From the human T2T-CHM13v2.0 reference genome, Homo sapiens, in the NCBI RefSeq assembly GCF_009914755.1, contig NC_060927.1: 64,000 nucleotides of DNA; one strand, 5' to 3'. Positions 60,231 through 64,000 of this stretch are shown piece by piece. Position numbers and translations under genes: made by a program. Under the pieces are notes generated by a model, which worked only from the letters and a program-made list of their open reading frames with translations, had not been told where the DNA came from and did not search any database. Within the stretch, counting starts at the first letter, position 1, and every line of letters begins with the position of its first letter.

Positions 60231-60427
60231 AGCATAGCACTGAGGCACTAAGTGCTGTCTAGTGTTTCCAAGCAGAAGAAGCCCCTGTGATGTACCTTAT
60301 GAGGAAAATGACAAACTTATTTGTGTTAAATAAGCTTCATTCATGTAACATGAATATCAGGCATGCATTATAGTGCTTTTGGCTCTGAGTTCAATATTAA
60401 TGAATCAACTACATATATGTTAAATAA
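60231..60427 (+). repeat. Isolated internal MER82 fragment, local copy of 62446-62639
   Basis: Colinear with 62446-62639 over about 195 bp; has no transposon termini. Confidence 0.85.
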
Positions 60428-61086
60428 TTGCAATAAATATGTTTGGCATCATGGGAATGAGTAATTAAATTATGTCATAAAACAGAATATTATGATATTT
60501 ATTAAAAATTTAAATTATCAATAGTGGAAAAGAAAAATGCATAAGTTGTCTACTGGAACTATTTAGAACAATATGCATAGGAGGGAACTACAACAAATTA
60601 TAAAGAGGATTATCTCTGTGTGCTGGGATTAGAGGGATTTTTATTATTTTGTATTATTCTCTTCCTTGTAAATTTACCATTTCAAGTATTTTAGGGTGAT
60701 AAAATTTATTAGTTTTATAATTAGAAAAATTTATACTTTTTTTGTCTTCATACCAAGATATTATATTGTGGGTCGTTGGTTTTATCTGCACTAGGTCAGA
60801 CGTTTGCTGAATTCAGTTCTGAGCTTTTGAACCAAAAGCAGATCTTCAGAACAAGAAACAAGATAATAAAAGAGAAACATGAAGAAACTGAAGATGATTG
60901 GAGAAATATGAATCAAGATGATTAGACCTAGCAGAGGGCTGGCTGGATGGCATTTATGTTGACAATGGACTCCTACACAGAGGATGATCATGGTCTAGGA
61001 CATAATAGTCATTCAATCATCATTTCTTAAATGATTTTTTAAAACAAGTGAATGAATGACCAATTATATACCTTCCCTGAGCCAAT

Positions 61087-61619
<533 letters not shown>

Positions 61620-62160
61620 TTAAAATATGGATGACATTCTATTGGCTTTTTCCAGAAGGAGTTGGGGGAAGAATTAGAAAGTGAAAGGGTAAATCAGGGT
61701 GCTAAGTATGATATAACAAGGAATCTTATAGACCTAAATTGGGAGGTTCCCTAAGGAATGGCCACAAAGACCCAACTCCAAGCAATAAGCTTTCTAAGCC
61801 TGGCAAACACGACATACAACAATGGGTGACTGGTTTCTGAATTCTGAGGTATTCGTGTTTTAGAGAAAATTGTTTCACAAAGGTAACACCAACTATGCAA
61901 AGTACTTTATCTAGTCTAGAGAAAGTCTGAGGTTAAATGATTATTTATAAGTTATTAACACACTTCTGGAGAGAAACAGCCTTAGTTAAATTCCTTTTAT
62001 CTACTAATGTCGAATTTAGAAAATACTGATTCTTTAATATAAGGTATCCATAGATAACTATTTTTTTTCTAAAGGTATGTCAGCAATATTTGCATCTTCA
62101 AGGAACACACTATCTACTACACACACACACACACACACACACAACACTCACACACATGTA

Positions 62161-62815
62161 CAGTCAAGCCTTATTTGTGGATTGCATATCTGTGAAATTG
62201 CCTACTCACTAAAATTTACCTGTAACTCCAAAATCAGTACTTGTTGCACTTTCACTGCCATTTGAGGACATGCAGTTTCTTGCACCCAACCTCATCCCAG
62301 CTGAAGTTGGACAGGAACAAACCCTGCCTGCTTGTTCAGTTCTCATTCCCTAAACAAGCATTCTTTTTATTGTCTATTTAGTGCCACATCTTTTTATTTT
62401 TGCATTTTTGTGCTTTTGGTGATTTCTCTGTTTTAAATGGCCCCAAGTATAGTGCTGAGGCACTGAAGTGCTATCTAGTGTTTCCAAGCAGAAGAAGCCT
62501 GTAATGTACCTTATGAAGAAAATGACATAATTTCAAGTGTTAAATAAGCTTTATTTATCTAACATGAATATGAGGCATGAGTTATAGTGCTGTTGGCTGT
62601 GAATTCAATGTTAATGAATCAACTATATGTATTAAATAAGGTTTATTTAAATAGAAACACACATAAAACAAGGTTATATGTTGATTACTTAATGAAAATG
62701 TTATGACCAAAGGTTCACAGGAAACTAACTCTGTATTTCCCACGGGGAAATTAGTGAATGGTTTAGTATTCACTAACTCAGTGTTTATGGAGACTTTATA
62801 GAAAATAACTACCAG
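62161..62815 (+). mobile_element. MER82 (Tigger-family DNA transposon)
   Basis: ta|cagtc...gcctactcactaaaattt...aaatggccccaag...agaaacacacataaaacaaggttat...gactttatagaaaataactacc. Confidence 0.85.
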
Positions 62816-63071
62816 AAAAAAATACATATATAACATATATTATAATTAATACAATAATATGTATACACACACAAAGACACACATACACAAACTATGATCT
62901 CATTTTAAATATATTCATAAAAATACTTGATATTAAATAGAAGTCTTTACTGATGTATATTTTTACACTATATATGTACCAATGTCAGGCTTATGTTCAT
63001 TACTTTTATAAAAGCTGTTAACATTTCCATTGCAGAGGAATTCTCTCTAAACCATAAAACTATATCAAGTT

Positions 63072-63731
<660 letters not shown>

Positions 63732-64000
63732 GAAATATTATTTTATTGTACATTTTTCTAATATATATATCATGACCACTACCAAAATACACATGAAACT
63801 CAAAGGTGGAGAGTTTTTTTAAGCAAGGACATCTGAATACATAGATACATGTCGTTATGATGTGGGTGAATTTTCACACAGAAAATAGAAGTATGCAGAA
63901 GTCAAATGTATTTTTAGTAAACAACTTTAATTTCCATCCTTACCTACAAACTGCTTGTTGGGCAACAGCTTAATATTGCTATTCTTAAGTAAACTCAGTC

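Overview
This is primate, most likely human, AT-rich non-coding genomic DNA dominated by interspersed repeats (Alu, L1, L2, MIR, MaLR/ERVL LTRs, hAT and Tigger MITEs). I see no host protein-coding gene. Almost every ORF in the track is an Alu, microsatellite or chance ORF. The only credible reading frames are retroelement-derived. The main structure is a ~6 kb chimera at 42189-48175: the 5' 4.2 kb of a young L1PA2/3-type LINE-1 (intact 5' UTR and intact 338-aa ORF1) joined in frame to the 3' part of a HERV-L provirus (integrase, dUTPase, PPT, MLT2A LTR). Downstream are three + strand exon-like segments (52495-52648, 53282-53434, 56089-~56223). From memory they resemble exons of the lncRNA SOX2-OT (3q26.33); this is unverified. 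Other notable structures are an L1 3' transduction, a templated 255-bp local duplication bracketed by an inverted repeat, two hAT MITEs sharing one target site, an ancient twin-primed L1, a local copy of a MER82 fragment and a close tail-to-tail Alu pair. Repeat subfamily names come from recalled consensus sequences, and boundaries of old repeats are approximate.
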